Below are positions 13,754-26,591 of a stretch of DNA of 64,000 nt, in pieces (the stretch's first letter is position 1; each line of letters starts with the position of its first letter). The stretch comes from Felis catus. Its lineage: Eukaryota. The position numbers and the translations under genes were made by a program. The stretch is taken from positions 203,734,001 to 203,798,000 of the forward strand of contig NC_058368.1 of NCBI RefSeq assembly GCF_018350175.1, given 5' to 3'. The notes beneath the pieces are model-generated. The model worked only from the letters and a program-made list of their open reading frames with translations, had not been told where the DNA came from and made no database searches.

Positions 13754-14235
13754 GGGCGCTTGGGTGCCTCAGTCGGTTGAGGGTCCGATTTTGGCTCAGG
13801 TCATAATCTCATGGTTTGTGAGTTTGAGCCAAGCATGGGGCTCTGTGCTGACGGCTCAGAGCCTAGAGCCTGTTTCAGGTTCTGTGTCTCCCTCTCTCTG
13901 CCCCTCCCCTTCTTGTGCTTGCTCTCGCATTCTCTCCCTCTCTCTCCCTCCTTTTCTTTCCCTCCCTCTCTCTCTCTGTCTCTGTCTCTCATCAAAAATA
14001 AACATTAATTGGGGTGCCTGGGTGGCTCAGTCTGTTGGGCGTCCGACTTTGGCTCAGGTCATGATCTCATGGTCTGTGGGTTTGAGCCCCCCATCAGGCT
14101 CTGTGCTGACAGCTTGGAGCCTGGAGCCTGCTTCCGATTCTGTGTCTCCCTCTCTCTCTGCCCCACCCTCATTCATGCTCCGTCTCTCTCTGTCTCAAAA
14201 ATAAAAATAAACATTAAAAAATTTAAATAAATAAA
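13754..14235 (+). mobile_element. Two head-to-tail Can-SINEs (13754-14005 and 14011-14235)
   Basis: Two complete SINE bodies, each with a tRNA-like head, (CT)n and A-rich tail. Confidence 0.9.
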
Positions 14236-14379
14236 CAGTAATTTTTTTTTATTTTGTCACTGATTTTCAGCTATTAGATTATTATACCTTATTGTATTTT
14301 GCTTTGTATTAATGCTGAGTGGGATTTGTTGAGCTCCTGGAATCAGTGAGTTTACAGTTTTCACCAAATTTTGATACAT

Positions 14380-14588
14380 TTTTAACTTTATTTATTTTGA
14401 GGGAGACAGAGAAAGCGAGAGGGAGAGGGGCAGAGAGAGAGAGGGAGAGAATCCCAAACAGGCTCTGCACTGTCAATGTAGAGCCCAGTGTGGGATTCAA
14501 ACCCACAAACCATAGAAACCATCAGATCATGATCTGAGTCGAAACCAAGAGTCAGGACACTTAACCAACTGAGCCACCCAGGTGCCCC
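14380..14588 (-). mobile_element. Can-SINE
   Basis: tttatttattttgag...gagccacccaggtgcccc, with a degenerate TSD ccaaattt...tttaac. Confidence 0.9.
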
Positions 14589-14846
14589 AAATTTGGAACA
14601 TGTTTAACTACTATTTTTTGGGGGGGGAAAACCCTTCTGCCACAATCTCTTATTTTCTGTTGCTACAACGATACATATGATAGATGAACTGAGACTTTGT
14701 TAAGTTTTTCTCTGCCATTTTCCTCTGTCATTCAATCTGGATAGTTTCTATTGTCCATCTATACATTAAGTGTTTTCTGCAGTGTTTAGTGAAAATTTCA
14801 ATTTAGATATTGTTTTCAGTTCTAGAATTTTCAGTTGGTACTTTTT

Positions 14847-14848
<2 letters not shown>

Positions 14849-14895
<47 letters not shown>
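14849..14895. repeat. (CA)n microsatellite
   Basis: Seen directly. Confidence 0.95.
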
Positions 14896-14896
<1 letters not shown>

Positions 14897-15894
14897 AGTT
14901 CTCCTTTGAGACTTCCTATACATTCCCTCAGAATTTCCATGTTTTCCCTAACTCCTGGAACAATTTTATAATAGCTATTTGAAAGACTCTGTCTTTTTCT
15001 ATTGTCACTGTCATTATTTCTGAATCTATCTTACTGAATTATTTTAATCCGGATCAGTAGTCATAATCTTTTGTGTATGTCCTGTAAATGTTTAGTCGTC
15101 CCTGTTGCGGGATGTTGAGGATGCTATACTGCTGAACATCTGAATGTTTTGTGTGCCTTAATAGAATGCTGAGTTTTATCCCAGCAGGCTATTAATTTAC
15201 TTGCACATCTGTTTGATGCTTTCAAGTATTGTATTTTCACTTTGTCAGTGAGGCTCTAGGGTAGACTTCAGTTTAAAACTATGTTAACTCTACTCTTTAG
15301 GTGTGGTTTTTCTGTGAACTCTACTGAATGCCGACTTTAATGAGGACTCTATAGTTACAGTGAAGACTGATCTGAACTTGAACATCGTCCAAACTTGCGT
15401 GCTCCATAAATTATGCATCTCCCCCCTCCCTGGTGGTTGTTTTTACCCAACAGTTGGATCTTTGCCTGGCCTCATGGGGTCTCACTCTGTGCATACACAG
15501 CTGAGTATTCAGCCAAAAACTCAATGGCTTTACCTATGCACAATTTTGGAGACTCTTCTTAGCAAAAGTCCTTTACCCCCAGTACCCTATCCTGCAAATT
15601 CTAACAACCTCTGTAGCCTGGGACTCTGATCTATCTATATCAGTGAGAGTACCATACTCTCTTTGTCTCCCTGTTCCTGTGAAGTCCCTCCAGAAAGAAC
15701 ACCAGAAGATCGTGGAGTTCAGCGTATTTGTTTCCCTTGTTTCAGGCATTTGTCCCTCACTACCTATTGCCTAACATCTTAAAACAGTCCTACCATGTAT
15801 TTTACCTAGTATTCTAGTCATTTAAGACAAGGGCATTTGTGGGGACTGACTACTCCTTAGGCTTAAAGCAGAAATTCCTTAAATTGTGTTTTAA

Positions 15895-16530
15895 GAAGAA
15901 TGCAGGACACAGACCATGCAAGGTCTGGGGAACCAGATAAGCAGTCTAGATTTCACTTTAGGAGCCACAGAAGGGTTCCAGGGAGGACAGGGACAGGAGA
16001 TGATCTACGTTTTCTAAATGTAACTGTTAATGAAGAATGGATTGTAGAGGAGGAAAAATGGGAGCAAGTAGACCAGTGAGAAGTTTCTTTCAATATTCCA
16101 ATTTCTTCCAATATTGTGATGGCTTAGACTTCTTTTTTTAATGTTTATTTCTTTATCCTGATAGCTAGCTCATGCACACACTCATGAGCAGGGGAGGAGC
16201 AGAGAGACAGAGAGGGAGACAGAGAATCCCAAGCTGACTTCATACTGTCAGCGCAGAGCCCAACATGGGGCTTGATCCCGTGAACCATGAGATCACAACC
16301 TGAGCCAAAATCAAGAGTCAGATGGTTAACTGACTGAGCCACCCAGGCACCCCTGTGATGGTTTAGACTTTTTAATAGCAGTGCTAATGAAGAGAGGTGA
16401 TGACAGTGGAAAAAAAATATTTGGTGATAGTTTGGATATAAGGAATAAGGGAAAGGGACAAATCAAGAACGGTTCTCAGGTTTTTGTCCACCAACTAAGG
16501 GACAGGCAAGGTGGTGTCATTACCTGAAAT
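15895..16530. mobile_element. L2 LINE fragment split by a SINE
   Basis: gagccacagaagggttcc...tgaagaatggattgtagagg...gaccagtgagaag...tttggatataagg...aatcaagaacggttctcaggtttt is typical of L2. Confidence 0.6.
16133..16353 (-). mobile_element. Can-SINE
   Basis: Full antisense body; TSD tgtgatgg(c/t)ttagactt. Confidence 0.92.
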
Positions 16531-16579
16531 GATACATATATAATTTCTTTATAAAACAAGAACTGTATTTTATGATCAT

Positions 16580-17220
16580 CCATATATTAGCTTGCTAGGG
16601 TTGCAGTAACAAAGCACCACAGATGCGTGGCTTAAACACCAGAAACTGATCTCAATTCTGGAAGCCAAAAGTGCAAAACCAAAGTGTCACTGAAGATGGT
16701 TCCTTAGAAGGGTTGTGAGAAGGATGTGTTCCATGCCTGTCTCCTTGGCTTATCTAGATAGTCCTCTTCTCCCTATGTCTCTTCACACTGTCCTCCCTGT
16801 GCATAGTTCAGTGTCCAAATTTACCCTTTCTATAAGAGCACCAGTAGGGGCCCCTGGGTGGCTCAGTCGGTTAAGTGTCTGACTCTTGGTTTTAGCTCAG
16901 GTCATGATCTCATGGTTTGTGAGTTCAAGCCCTGCCATTGGGCTCCATGCTGACAGGACGAAACCTCCTTGGGATTCTCTCTCCCTCTCTCACTGCCTCT
17001 TCCCCTGCTCACTCGGTCTCTCTCAAAATAAATAAACTTAAAAAAAAAAAAAGGAACGCCAGTCATATTGGTTTAGAGGCCCACTCTTATGACCTTATTT
17101 TAACTCAATTTCATCTGTAAAGAACTTATCTCCAAATAAGGTCACATTCTGAGATACTGCAGGTTAAGAGTTCAGCATATGAATTTGGGGAGGAGAGGGA
17201 CACAATGTGACCCATAAAAA
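16580..17220. mobile_element. MaLR solo LTR (MLT1A/B/C-like), split by a SINE
   Basis: attagcttgctagggttgcagtaacaaagcaccacaga...tctccaaataaggtcacattctgagatactg...gggacacaat. Confidence 0.85.
16847..17052 (+). mobile_element. Can-SINE inside the MLT1 LTR
   Basis: ggggcccctgggtggctcagtcgg head and poly-A tail. Confidence 0.92.
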
Positions 17221-17437
17221 TAGAAAAGTCTGAAAGAAAAGACCCTAAGCTAAAACTTTTCTAATAAACTTTTACGAGGTCTTCAAACATTTGCACAGAG
17301 ATAGCAATACAAGTTTTATTCCAAGGTCTGTTGGATACACAGTATAATATATGCATTAATATTTACCAAGATTTTAAAATTTTATAGATGGTTTGATATA
17401 TGATTATGTGGAGTTTCTAAATTTTAATGTGTGGTAT

Positions 17438-17484
<47 letters not shown>

Positions 17485-18450
17485 TAATTGACTCAAATAT
17501 TCTCTCTTAGTAACACTTATTCCTTCTTGGTAACAATAAATTTCCAAAAACTTCTTTTTCTCCAAAAGCATTTTTAAAAACCATTTCAGCAAGAGGTTTT
17601 TATTGGGAAGTACAGAGAACCAAGACTGCACAATCGGGGTGGGGACCGGAAAAAGATGGTCTTGAATACAAAAGGAAAAATAAAGTTTTATATGATAGCA
17701 AACAAAGAATTAGTTGCATGAACAGAATCTTGACATAATAAAAATAGATGTACAAAATCAAACGGGAAAAAATCTTTCATGCTTGGTAATATTAATAAAA
17801 TACGTGAGAATGAAGACCATTCAGGAAGAGACCACACAAGTAAAAAAAGTTCACTAAATAAAATGTGTCTCCCAATATTCAATGAGGTGGTGGTAGGTCT
17901 TTGAACTAATAAAAAAAGTGATGATCAGCCCTATAAATTTTCTTTATACAATGGGGCTGTAATATGAATATCTTAAAAGCAGAAAATATTCTAATATGTT
18001 TTACACATGTTCTAATTTTTTAGCTATCACAGATAATAATTGTGTAGTTAAAACTCATATCATCAGTTTGTATTCATTGGGCCAAAAGTCTCTTGAGATT
18101 TCCCACTTTAGAGACAAAGAAGCCAGAAAAGGATAACTTCATCCATAAATCAAATACAGAATCAGATCTCTAAAATGCCAAGATAGGGACTTATGTTTGA
18201 GATTCTCATCCTGGGATTCAGGCCACCCAGACATTTCTTCCAACACTATTTGTTTTCAAGTAATTTCTATTAACCATGCTTTTTTGAAAATTTATTGTGA
18301 TACTATATCATGAATTCTCTATGCAGCCAAGTCTATTTATTCTGAGAACACTAAAGTATTCATGGTTCCTTACTCAAAGAATGGGCACTTGGGGAATAAG
18401 AAAGATCATCCAGCTTGTGTTGTATGAGTTTAAAATCTTTCTTCCAAAAT
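17221..18450 (+). pseudogene. Decayed collagen Gly-X-Y segment (contains a (TG)n at 17440-17478)
   Basis: (G)FI-GKY-(G)EP-(G)LH-xRG-GDR at 17596-17649; (G)HS-GRD near 17815; (G)FI-GPK-(G)S*-(G)FP near 18070-18105; GTW-GIR near 18385. Confidence 0.85.
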
Positions 18451-18544
18451 ACTTTACCTTTACATATGTTACTTCATTTGATTCCCAAAACTACCCTTGA
18501 AGTATTATTATTTTTTGTTGTTTTTTAATGAATGAATGGATGGA

Positions 18545-18611
18545 TGAATTGAATTTATTTGAGAGGGAGGGAGGGAGAGGGAGAGAGAGGGGGGAGGGGG
18601 AGAGAGGGGGA

Positions 18612-18665
<54 letters not shown>

Positions 18666-18770
18666 CCTAAGCAGGCACTGTGCTGTCAGCTCTCTCCTGA
18701 ACCATGAGATCATGACCTGAGCTAAAATCAAAAGTCAGATGGATGCTTAACCAACTGAACCACCAGGCTT
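18545..18770 (-). mobile_element. Can-SINE (deleted, expanded (GA)n) within a MIR remnant
   Basis: tttatttgagag...(GA)n...gaaccatgagatcatgacctgagct...; flanks show MIR motifs. Confidence 0.85.
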
Positions 18771-19259
18771 CTCATTCTTATTTTATAGTTAAAAAAATTT
18801 CAGAGATTAAGTAACTTGCCAAAGAGAAATTAGAGTAACCAGAGCTTAAATTAAGCCAGTGTAATAGAATGAAAGCAATGCTGCTAAAATAAAGAGACCC
18901 ACTTCCCCTTTTCTCCCTCCTACTCCCCAAACAAAAAAAAATTGCTTAAAGAAGGTCAAATCTATTTCTCCCATATAATAACCCAGAGGTACATGGTTTG
19001 GGGCTGCAGGATGGCTTGCATTCTCAAAATCTACCTTTCAACTCTGGATTCAAAAGTCTAGTTACCTCTGCTTTCCTAACATCAGGAAGGGAAAAGAAGG
19101 TGCTAGCAACTGTTTTTCTTTTACTAGGACCTCATTCCTGATCATATTTCAAGGACGAGAACCTAAATTGCATGGACATATATGTAGCTACAAGAGAAGC
19201 ATCAAAGAAAAAAAGAAAGGAAAAAGTAGGGGGGGGGGAGAGAAGAAAAGAAAGAAGAA

Positions 19260-20700
19260 AGCTACTTGGGAGGTCATGCACTGGGAGTGATATCAGAGTT
19301 GATTAATAGATGCGGAAATGTGTTAAGGCAAAGAATTCAGAGAAACCCACAGAGCTCAGCTAGACAATATGGGGGAAAAGATATGGTAACAAAGAGACTA
19401 AATAGTAACTACTTTCTTAGAAAAAGAGTGACATGAACCAAGCACTCAGTTGAGAATCTATCAAGTAAAAATCTGGTTAAGACTATCCTACACATGCACC
19501 ATTGCTAGTTACCTAGGTAACACATCCCATTTTTTGCATGATTATATTCAGCACATTTTTATGTAAATAGATTAATAATAAATCAGAAGAGGATTAGCAC
19601 AAGATCTAGCACTGGGAGAAGATCTGGGGAGGGTTTTGAGAGTGGCTTTAGCATCTTGCAAAGGATATGACAGATAACAAGAGGCTTGAAATGTAGATAA
19701 AAGGGTTTACACCAAGCCTGATAACCTCATAACATTCCTGAGTTCTGCACAGCTCCCTCTGATTGGGTCAGATTCAAAGCAGATGTAGACTTGCATTACC
19801 TTCAAGAGTGCCATTGCTGCATGACGGAAGTGCTAGAAGGAGCATGTATAAGAGAGTCACGTAAGTGCTTTTATCCCAAAAATGATGAAAATAAAAAGTC
19901 TTCTAAGTGGATCATTATGGAGCATTTATGTACTTAGAAATTTTAGACACAAAGAATATGTACAAGAAGTAACAACATAGGCCCAAAGACATGAACTTAA
20001 CTGTAGCTAAGGAGCATATTCTGAAGCAATAAGTATATAGTTGAAATGGGAAGGAGACATTTGGCCAAAAAAAAAAAAAAAAAAAACCAAACTTAAAAAT
20101 TAGGTATAGACTTGAGATTCAACAGGTAATAGAGGCTCTCTCATTGATTTTGATGAAGTATTGCCTGAAACTGATGATTTTGGTAACTGCATGTATTGTG
20201 GATTTAAGTAAAAATAAACATATAGAAACTATAATTCATAATAAAAGTCCCTTCTACTTTCATCTCAGTTTACATTTCCTTAAAAGTCTCCATTTTGATC
20301 TTCAAGATTCTTCAATGCTATTTATAGAAGTTCTTTCCTTGCCTTCTCTTATGACCCTATCATCTACTCTACTGTTCTCATAGAAGACCTACTCATTACC
20401 CATTTTGTTTTTCTTCCTGGTTAAGTCACATTTCACATTGGAAAGATTCTAGATTCTCAAAATCCATTTCTTAACTTCCAAGAGCTCCTGAATAATCTTC
20501 CTCCCATAAAAGCATGTAAGCACTATCCATCCAATGGTAGGAATTACAAAGAGAAAGTTTTGTAAAGAGGTAAATGGTTGGAGTGGCTAGACGAAGGAGT
20601 AGTGTTGGCATGTTGATGCAATCTGTCAGGAAACAAATCTATGGAGAGTATGTATCATGTGTTTGGAATTACGTGTTCTTCTCTTCCAAGAATTTAGAAT
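19260..20700 (+). pseudogene. Decayed collagen Gly-X-Y segment
   Basis: (G)SA-(G)QY-GGK-(G)MV near 19355-19390; ten consecutive in-phase triplets GLA-xDL-(G)LG-(G)DL-GRV-xRV-(G)LA-xCK-GYD-(G)*Q at 19591-19680; GNC-xYC-GFK near 20181. Confidence 0.8.
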
Positions 20701-20704
20701 AGAT

Positions 20705-21190
20705 GCAGTGATAGCTAATTGCCTATCCAATACCTACTCTTTACTTTTGCATCAGTAACAGAAATGAAGCATATCCAGGGTGGTAATATTCCTAGCCTCA
20801 CTTGCCATGAAGCATAGTCTGGCCAATGACATCTAAGTAAAAGTTTTTACCTTGGCCTTCTATAGAAACTCCATTAAGGAACAACCAAGAATGGAAACAC
20901 GCCTGTTTTTGACCTGCTTTCTTTCTTCCTGCTGGATGAGTGGAAAGTTCATGTGACAGACAGATGGACTTTCAGCAGCTACCTTATACTGCCAGGCAAC
21001 CTCAGGAATAGAATCCACATGGAAAAGAAGGTGAAATGGAAAGATAAGAGGATACTTTGGACCCTGATGAGTTGTCATGTCAATTCTCATCTGCAGACTG
21101 CTCTTACTGAAGACAAAACTAATTCTCTAGCTTGATCAAGTCTTTTTAAGGTTACTCTTAAATTTAATGGAACTAAACCCTAACTGATAC
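20705..21190. mobile_element. Old MaLR LTR (MLT1J/K-like)
   Basis: ttcctagcctcacttgc...gtctggccaatgacat...cagcagctacctt...gaccctgatgagt...aaccctaactgataca-like end. Confidence 0.6.
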
Positions 21191-21638
21191 GACAACTGAG
21201 TTAAATTTATTAAATGATCCTGGGGAGCAGGGAGGTAGGGAAGGCAATAATATTGACAAAGATGTGACGAAGTTAATGATAATGTTTTAAGGGTTGACAA
21301 AACCATGTTATTATAACTTGTAATATTTTTTAGACCTTACTTGTGTGATATATTGTCAAGGTTACTCGTGTACTAAATTTTATCTTAAGTTTCCTTAGAA
21401 GGATAGTTCTCACTCTTCAGAGGCATTACTATTTAATCTACTTTTCAGCACCATTATACAAATAAAACATGTAAATAGGCAAGAAAAAAAGTTCAAAAAA
21501 TATTTTTGCCTTAAGAAAAAATATTTCATTTTCCTTGTTATTATTGTTGTGAAGAGGGGGTTAATTGCTATTTTGTTTGGGGAACATTTGTGAAACCAAC
21601 ATTATCAGGTTCAAAAAATAACAAAATTAAAGTTTCTC

Positions 21639-21843
21639 GGGGCACCTGGGTGACTCAGTCAGCTAAGTGTCTGACTTCAACTCAGGTCATGATCTCATGA
21701 TTCATGAGTTCAAGCTCCACGTCAGGCTCTGTGCTGACAGCTCAGAGCCTGGAGCTACTTCAGATTCTGTGTCTCCCTCTCTCTCTGCCCCTCCCCAATT
21801 TGTGCTCTGTCTCTCAATAATAAATAAAAACATTAAAAAAAAA
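21639..21843 (+). mobile_element. Can-SINE
   Basis: ggggcacctgggtgactcagtc head, (CT)n and A tail. Confidence 0.92.
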
Positions 21844-22514
21844 GTTTTAAGTTTCCTACCAGAATTGTGTTACTCAAAAAGTAATTCTGAAAGAGCTATA
21901 CCGTTTTCTTTACAAAAACGTATCCAGAATGCACTGATCAGAGTTTTAGTCAGCATTTTGTGACTAAAGAATCTAGCTAGATTCCCATTGTCCAAATAGG
22001 ACATTCACTTCTCAAACATCCTTTGGTCCTCAAAGTAGAAAACAAAAATAATGTAACATGGTTATATCTAGAAACTGCAAATACCTGTAACATTTATTAG
22101 AGTCGGGGGGAGGCATGCGATCTCCAGTGGCATATGTTTTGAGTTGTAGCACGTGAATTAAAGGTTTCCAAACAATTCTTTAGTAAGTAAAAGACATCAG
22201 GAAAAAAACAATACAATATACACAGTAAAACCATACATATCCCAAGGCTGAAGTACTTTTAGTTTTCCTTTTTGGGACCATGGAAGAAGGGATATTTGAT
22301 GTAGGAGGTAAATTGTTTGCCATTGGGCCTTTGTCCTTTCTATGTTATTTTCTAGAGTGTGCATTCTCTTGCTCACAAGAATGACAATCAGTGTATTTCA
22401 GCAGCTTGAAGAAAATACCTTCTCTTTTTCCAACACAAAAAATATAAATTTTTTTTCAGGTGCCACTCTAACGTTGCTCCTAAGTAATTGCTTAATTAAA
22501 AGGAAGTGCTTTGA

Positions 22515-22709
22515 GGGGTGCCTGGGTGGCTCAGGCGGTTAAATGTCTGACTTCATCTCTGGTCATGAGCTCATGGTTCGTGGGTTCAAGCCCCAAGTCT
22601 GTGCTGAGAGCTCAGAACTTGGAGCCTGCTTCAGATTCTCCCTCTCTCTGCCCCTCCCCCACTCGTGCTCTGTCTCTGTCTCTCCAAAATAAATAAACAT
22701 TAAAAAAAA
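22515..22709 (+). mobile_element. Can-SINE
   Basis: ggggtgcctgggtggctcagg head and A tail. Confidence 0.92.
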
Positions 22710-23068
22710 GTGGGGTTTTGAGTCCCATACATAAAAGGACCTTTCTCCCCATCTCTAAAATACACTTTTGAAGACTCTGATTTTTATGCTACTGCAGTGT
22801 TTTAGCATTTAATTTCAATCTTAACTATGGTTATTTGACCTATCTTCAAGGAGCATAAAATATTTTCAAAATTCCAACAATTGCATTTACTATTATAGGA
22901 TAAAAAGAGAGTAAAGTATGTGCTTTTACCTCTCATGTAAATAAAGCCATTTTTCAAACATCTTCCATCACAAATTTATCTCTTAAGAACATAAATATTT
23001 TATGTTAATGGAAAAAATTCCTAAATAATAATGGCTTACAAAAGAAAATGCTAGCTTACATTTAAAAT

Positions 23069-23265
23069 GTGGCTCAGTCGGCTAGGCATCCAACTGCAGC
23101 TCAGGTCATGATTTCACAGTTTGTGAGTTCGAGCCACATACTGGGTTGTCCACTGTCAGCACAGAGCCTGCTTCAGATCCCGTCTCCCTCTCTCTACTCC
23201 TCCCCCTTTCACGTGTGCATGTGTCCTCGCTCTCTCTCAAACATTAAAAAAAAGCAAAAAACATA
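23069..23265 (+). mobile_element. Can-SINE (5' clipped)
   Basis: gtggctcagtcgg...gctcaggtcatgatttcacagtttgtgagttcgagcc. Confidence 0.88.
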
Positions 23266-23340
23266 AAATTCTTAATGTTTGAGATTTAATAAAATTTATA
23301 AATTTGAAAATATACCTTTTTGGCCTATAAAACTGAAAAA

Positions 23341-23530
23341 GATTTTTTAAGTTTATTTATCTTGAGAGAGAGAGAGGGGCAGACAGAGAGAGTGGTAGAC
23401 AGAATATGAAGCAGGCACTGTGCTGATAAGGCAGAGCCCGATGTGGGGCTTGAACTCACAAACCGTGAAATCACGACCCGAGCCGAAACCAAGAGTTGGA
23501 TGTTTAACTGACTGAACTGCCCTGGTGCCT
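23341..23530 (-). mobile_element. Can-SINE
   Basis: aagtttatttat...gagccgaaaccaagagttggatg...cctggtgcc. Confidence 0.88.
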
Positions 23531-23754
23531 CAAAAAAGATTATCAAAACATATACTAGCCTGAGTCCATGACATGGTAGTAAATTTGATATTCTCAAACA
23601 CTGTTGCTAAGAATGTAATTACTTCAACTTTTCCAGGGAGCAATTTGATAATCTTTATTAAGAGTGTCAGGATTATTCATATAAATCAATCCAGAATTAT
23701 ACACAAAAAATCATAAATGTTATGTGTTGTACTTTTAGAATAGAGAAATATTAG

Positions 23755-23972
23755 CCTGGGTGGCGCAGTCGGTTGAGCGTCCGACTTCAGCCAGGTCACG
23801 ATCTCGCGGTCCGTGAGTTCGAGCCCCGTGTCGGGCTCTGGGCTGATGGCTCAGAGCCTGGAGCCTGTTTCCGATTCTGTGCCTCCCTCTCTCTCTGCCC
23901 CTTCCCCGTTCATGCTCTGTCTCTCTCTGTCCCAAAAATAAATAAACGTTGAAAAATAAAATAAAAAAAAAA
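23755..23972 (+). mobile_element. Young felid Can-SINE
   Basis: Near-consensus, CpG-rich body; TSD agaatagagaaatatta on both sides. Confidence 0.95.
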
Positions 23973-24002
23973 AGAATAGAGAAATATTAAAGGCTGCCTA
24001 CT

Positions 24003-24115
24003 GGGGTCCCTGGGGCATCCCACTCTTGATTTCAGCTCAGGTCATGACCTCACAGATGGGAGACAGAGCACCAAGTCAGGCTCAGTGCTAGGTGTGCAGC
24101 CTGCTTAAGATATTC

Positions 24116-24147
<32 letters not shown>

Positions 24148-24198
24148 CCCTTCTCCCTCTGCCCCTCCTTCACTCATGTGTACTCTCTCTCAAAAACT
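24003..24198 (+). mobile_element. Older Can-SINE with internal deletion
   Basis: cactcttgatttcagctcaggtcatgacctc...(CT)n; TSD aa(g/a)gctgcctact. Confidence 0.8.
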
Positions 24199-24399
24199 AA
24201 AAGCTGCCTACTATTTCTAATACGCCTTTGGATAAACAAATTATAGTACAACCACATATTTTAGTATTATGTAGCCATTGAGAATCCCATTTCTGAAGAA
24301 AATTTAGTAAGTAAGTTCTCACACCGTAATTTTTCTAAGTGAAAAATGCAAGACAGGAGGCGGAATATAAATTATGGCCCAAAAGGCTTTTTTTATGTT

Positions 24400-24875
24400 G
24401 TCTGCAAAAAATGGCCACAATAAATGGGTTTCCTATCAACAACTCTTGCGTAGCATCCTTCCATCGGACTCAGCCTGGCCATAAAACCTTGCTTTGGCCA
24501 ATCAGGCATCAGCTACTGTGAAGCAAGTAGTGGCTTACCAAATGCTCACATGTGGGAGTTTGCCTTCATGCTGCTTTCCAGAACCCTGAGACCACTGTGC
24601 AAAGAAGCCTCGGATAACACACAGGCAAGTGGAAGGCCATGTGACACAGATAAGCCATCTGAGCTTGAGGTGCCCTAGGCTGACCAACCAGCCAGTCAAC
24701 TGCTACCTATAGGCAAGTTACCCAAGATCTGCCGCCACCAGCGAAACTACCAGGTGACCACTTCAACTTGGAACAGAAATTCAGCCAACCCACAGAATTG
24801 TGAACTAAATTATTGTTCCTTTAAGCCACTAGATTTTGGATTTGGTTGGTTACAAAGCAAAAACAAACTGATACA
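24400..24875. mobile_element. Old MaLR LTR (MLT1-like)
   Basis: tctgcaaaaaatggccacaa...ttgctttggccaat...cccacagaattgtga...tttaagccactagattttgg...aactgataca. Confidence 0.75.
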
Positions 24876-25759
24876 GGTAGTAAGATGACTACAGACTCAT
24901 CTTTTCCTTTAAAGCCTCCCATGTTTTCTAAATTCAGTAAAATCAGTGTGAGCTGTTTTTAAAATGAGAAGATAATCTTATTTTATAATAAGGAAAAATG
25001 GATACAAAACAGAGTAAAAATAGCTGAAGGAAAATTAGGAAAAATGAGTTGTATTCTTCATGTGTACCTTCAGTTACCAGCCTTCCCTATAGAAAGAGTT
25101 GAGCAGTATCATGGCCGGAAATGCTTTTTCTGAAACTGTTACTCATTTGTTTTCAGTTGCATTTCAGTGACTCTCTTTCTTCAAAGCCTTTCAGTTACTA
25201 ATTCCAAAGCATACAGTCGGTAACACACAAATTGGAAGTCACCATTTAAAAGTCTCATTATAATAATCATTAGTCAGGAATAGACTAACTTGTTATCTTC
25301 TCCTTTAACAAACATTTCCATCGCACTAGCATTTAACTATATTTCCAAGAGAACACCATCAGGGAATCAACTATCATTCTTATCATCCATCACACACTCT
25401 GTGTAGATTTTATAGCGGTTGAATTTAACCCATGATTACAGCCAAATATTCATCACACAGGACATATTCCAGATTATATGTATATTAAAAGAAGACTCAC
25501 TGTCTTTTTACAAGGGTAAGGAGTGGAAAATTTTTCACTTAAAAAAAACCTTTACCTTTTAGGGAATTAAATGTTTATCTGATAGAGACAATTCAATAAT
25601 TCACCAGTAAATTCAACATTTGGTAGAAAGAATTCAATAAAATAACAAAACATAATACCAGATTAATGTGTATTCTAAGTGAGAGGGAAGAAGGAAAAAA
25701 AATAAGGAAAAATACATGAAACACAACATTATACTCATCATCTTATTGACTCAAATTTT

Positions 25760-26190
25760 ACGAATCAACTTGACTGGGCCACAGGTACCTAGATCAAATA
25801 CTGTTTCTGGATGAAATTAGTATTTGAATCAATAGACTGAGTAGACTGCCTTCCCCATTGTGAGTGGGCATCATCTAGTCCATTGAGGTCCTAAATAGAA
25901 CAAAAGCTAGAGGAAAGAAGTATTCGTCTCTTTCCTTGCCTCACTGAATAAGCTGAGACATCTCATCTCATCTTCCCCTGCCCTTGGACTGGGATTTATA
26001 TCACTCACCCCCCTGCTTCTCAGGGCTTCAGTCTCAGATGGAATTATACTACTTTTTTTGGGTCTCCGGCCTGCAGAGGGCAAATCACAGGACTTAGCTT
26101 CTGTAACTGCATGAGCCAATTCCTCACGATAAATCGTTTATACATCTATCCCTACCCTATTGGTTCTGTTTTCCTGGAGAGCCCAAGTCA
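25760..26190. mobile_element. ERVL LTR (MLT2-like)
   Basis: tcaacttgactgggccacagg...tagtatttgaatcaatagactgagt...gagtgggcatcatctagtccattgagg...cctattggttctgttttcctggag. Confidence 0.85.
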
Positions 26191-26344
26191 GTGAAATCCT
26201 ATCTACTGCTCTGTGATCCCTTCCTGTAAACCATGCCCCAGATCTACACACAGCTCACCTCCACTGCCTACCCCACATCCCCACCCTCCTTATATAAAAC
26301 TTTAGTAAAAGTCTCCTGAAATTTACCAGGACTTGGTATGAGAG

Positions 26345-26591
26345 ATTTTTATTTTATTTTATGTATGAGCGAGAGCACGCGCACAGGCATCAGAGAGGGG
26401 CAGAGAAGGGGGGAGGGGGAGAGGGAGCAAGGGAGGGAGGGAGGGAGGGAGAGAGAGGGAGAGAGAGAGAATCTTAAGTAGGCTCCATACTCAGGACAGA
26501 CCCCTATGTGGAACTTGATCCCACAACCCTGGGATTGTTAACTGAGCCCAAATCAAGAGTTGGACATTCAACAGAGCCACACAGGCACCCC
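26345..26591 (-). mobile_element. Older Can-SINE
   Basis: attttttattttatt...gaatcttaagtaggctcc...gagccacacaggcacccc. Confidence 0.88.

Larger units (their letters stand above)
12020..15890 (-). mobile_element. Old L1M body/5' region carrying several SINE insertions
   Basis: T-rich antisense L1 phrases (cattgtggccagagaacatagtc, gtattttgaagctctgtta, atctggatagtttctattg); boundaries approximate. Confidence 0.65.
21195..22920 (+). pseudogene. Decayed collagen Gly-X-Y segment, interrupted by two SINEs
   Basis: xDP-GEQ-GGR at 21213-21239; GYS-(G)TK at 21361; (G)EE-GVN-(G)YF near 21548; GPQ-(G)RK near 22025; GYL...xLQ-GA* near 22830. Confidence 0.8.

Noticed and set aside
13713..14230. 163-aa ORF and overlapping ORFs
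   Set aside because: Read-through of two tandem Can-SINEs; the same peptides recur in every SINE copy.
25400..25520. LTHDYSQIF resembling NC1 LYHGYSLL
   Set aside because: Isolated motif; the surrounding sequence continues as Gly-X-Y and other NC1 landmarks are absent.
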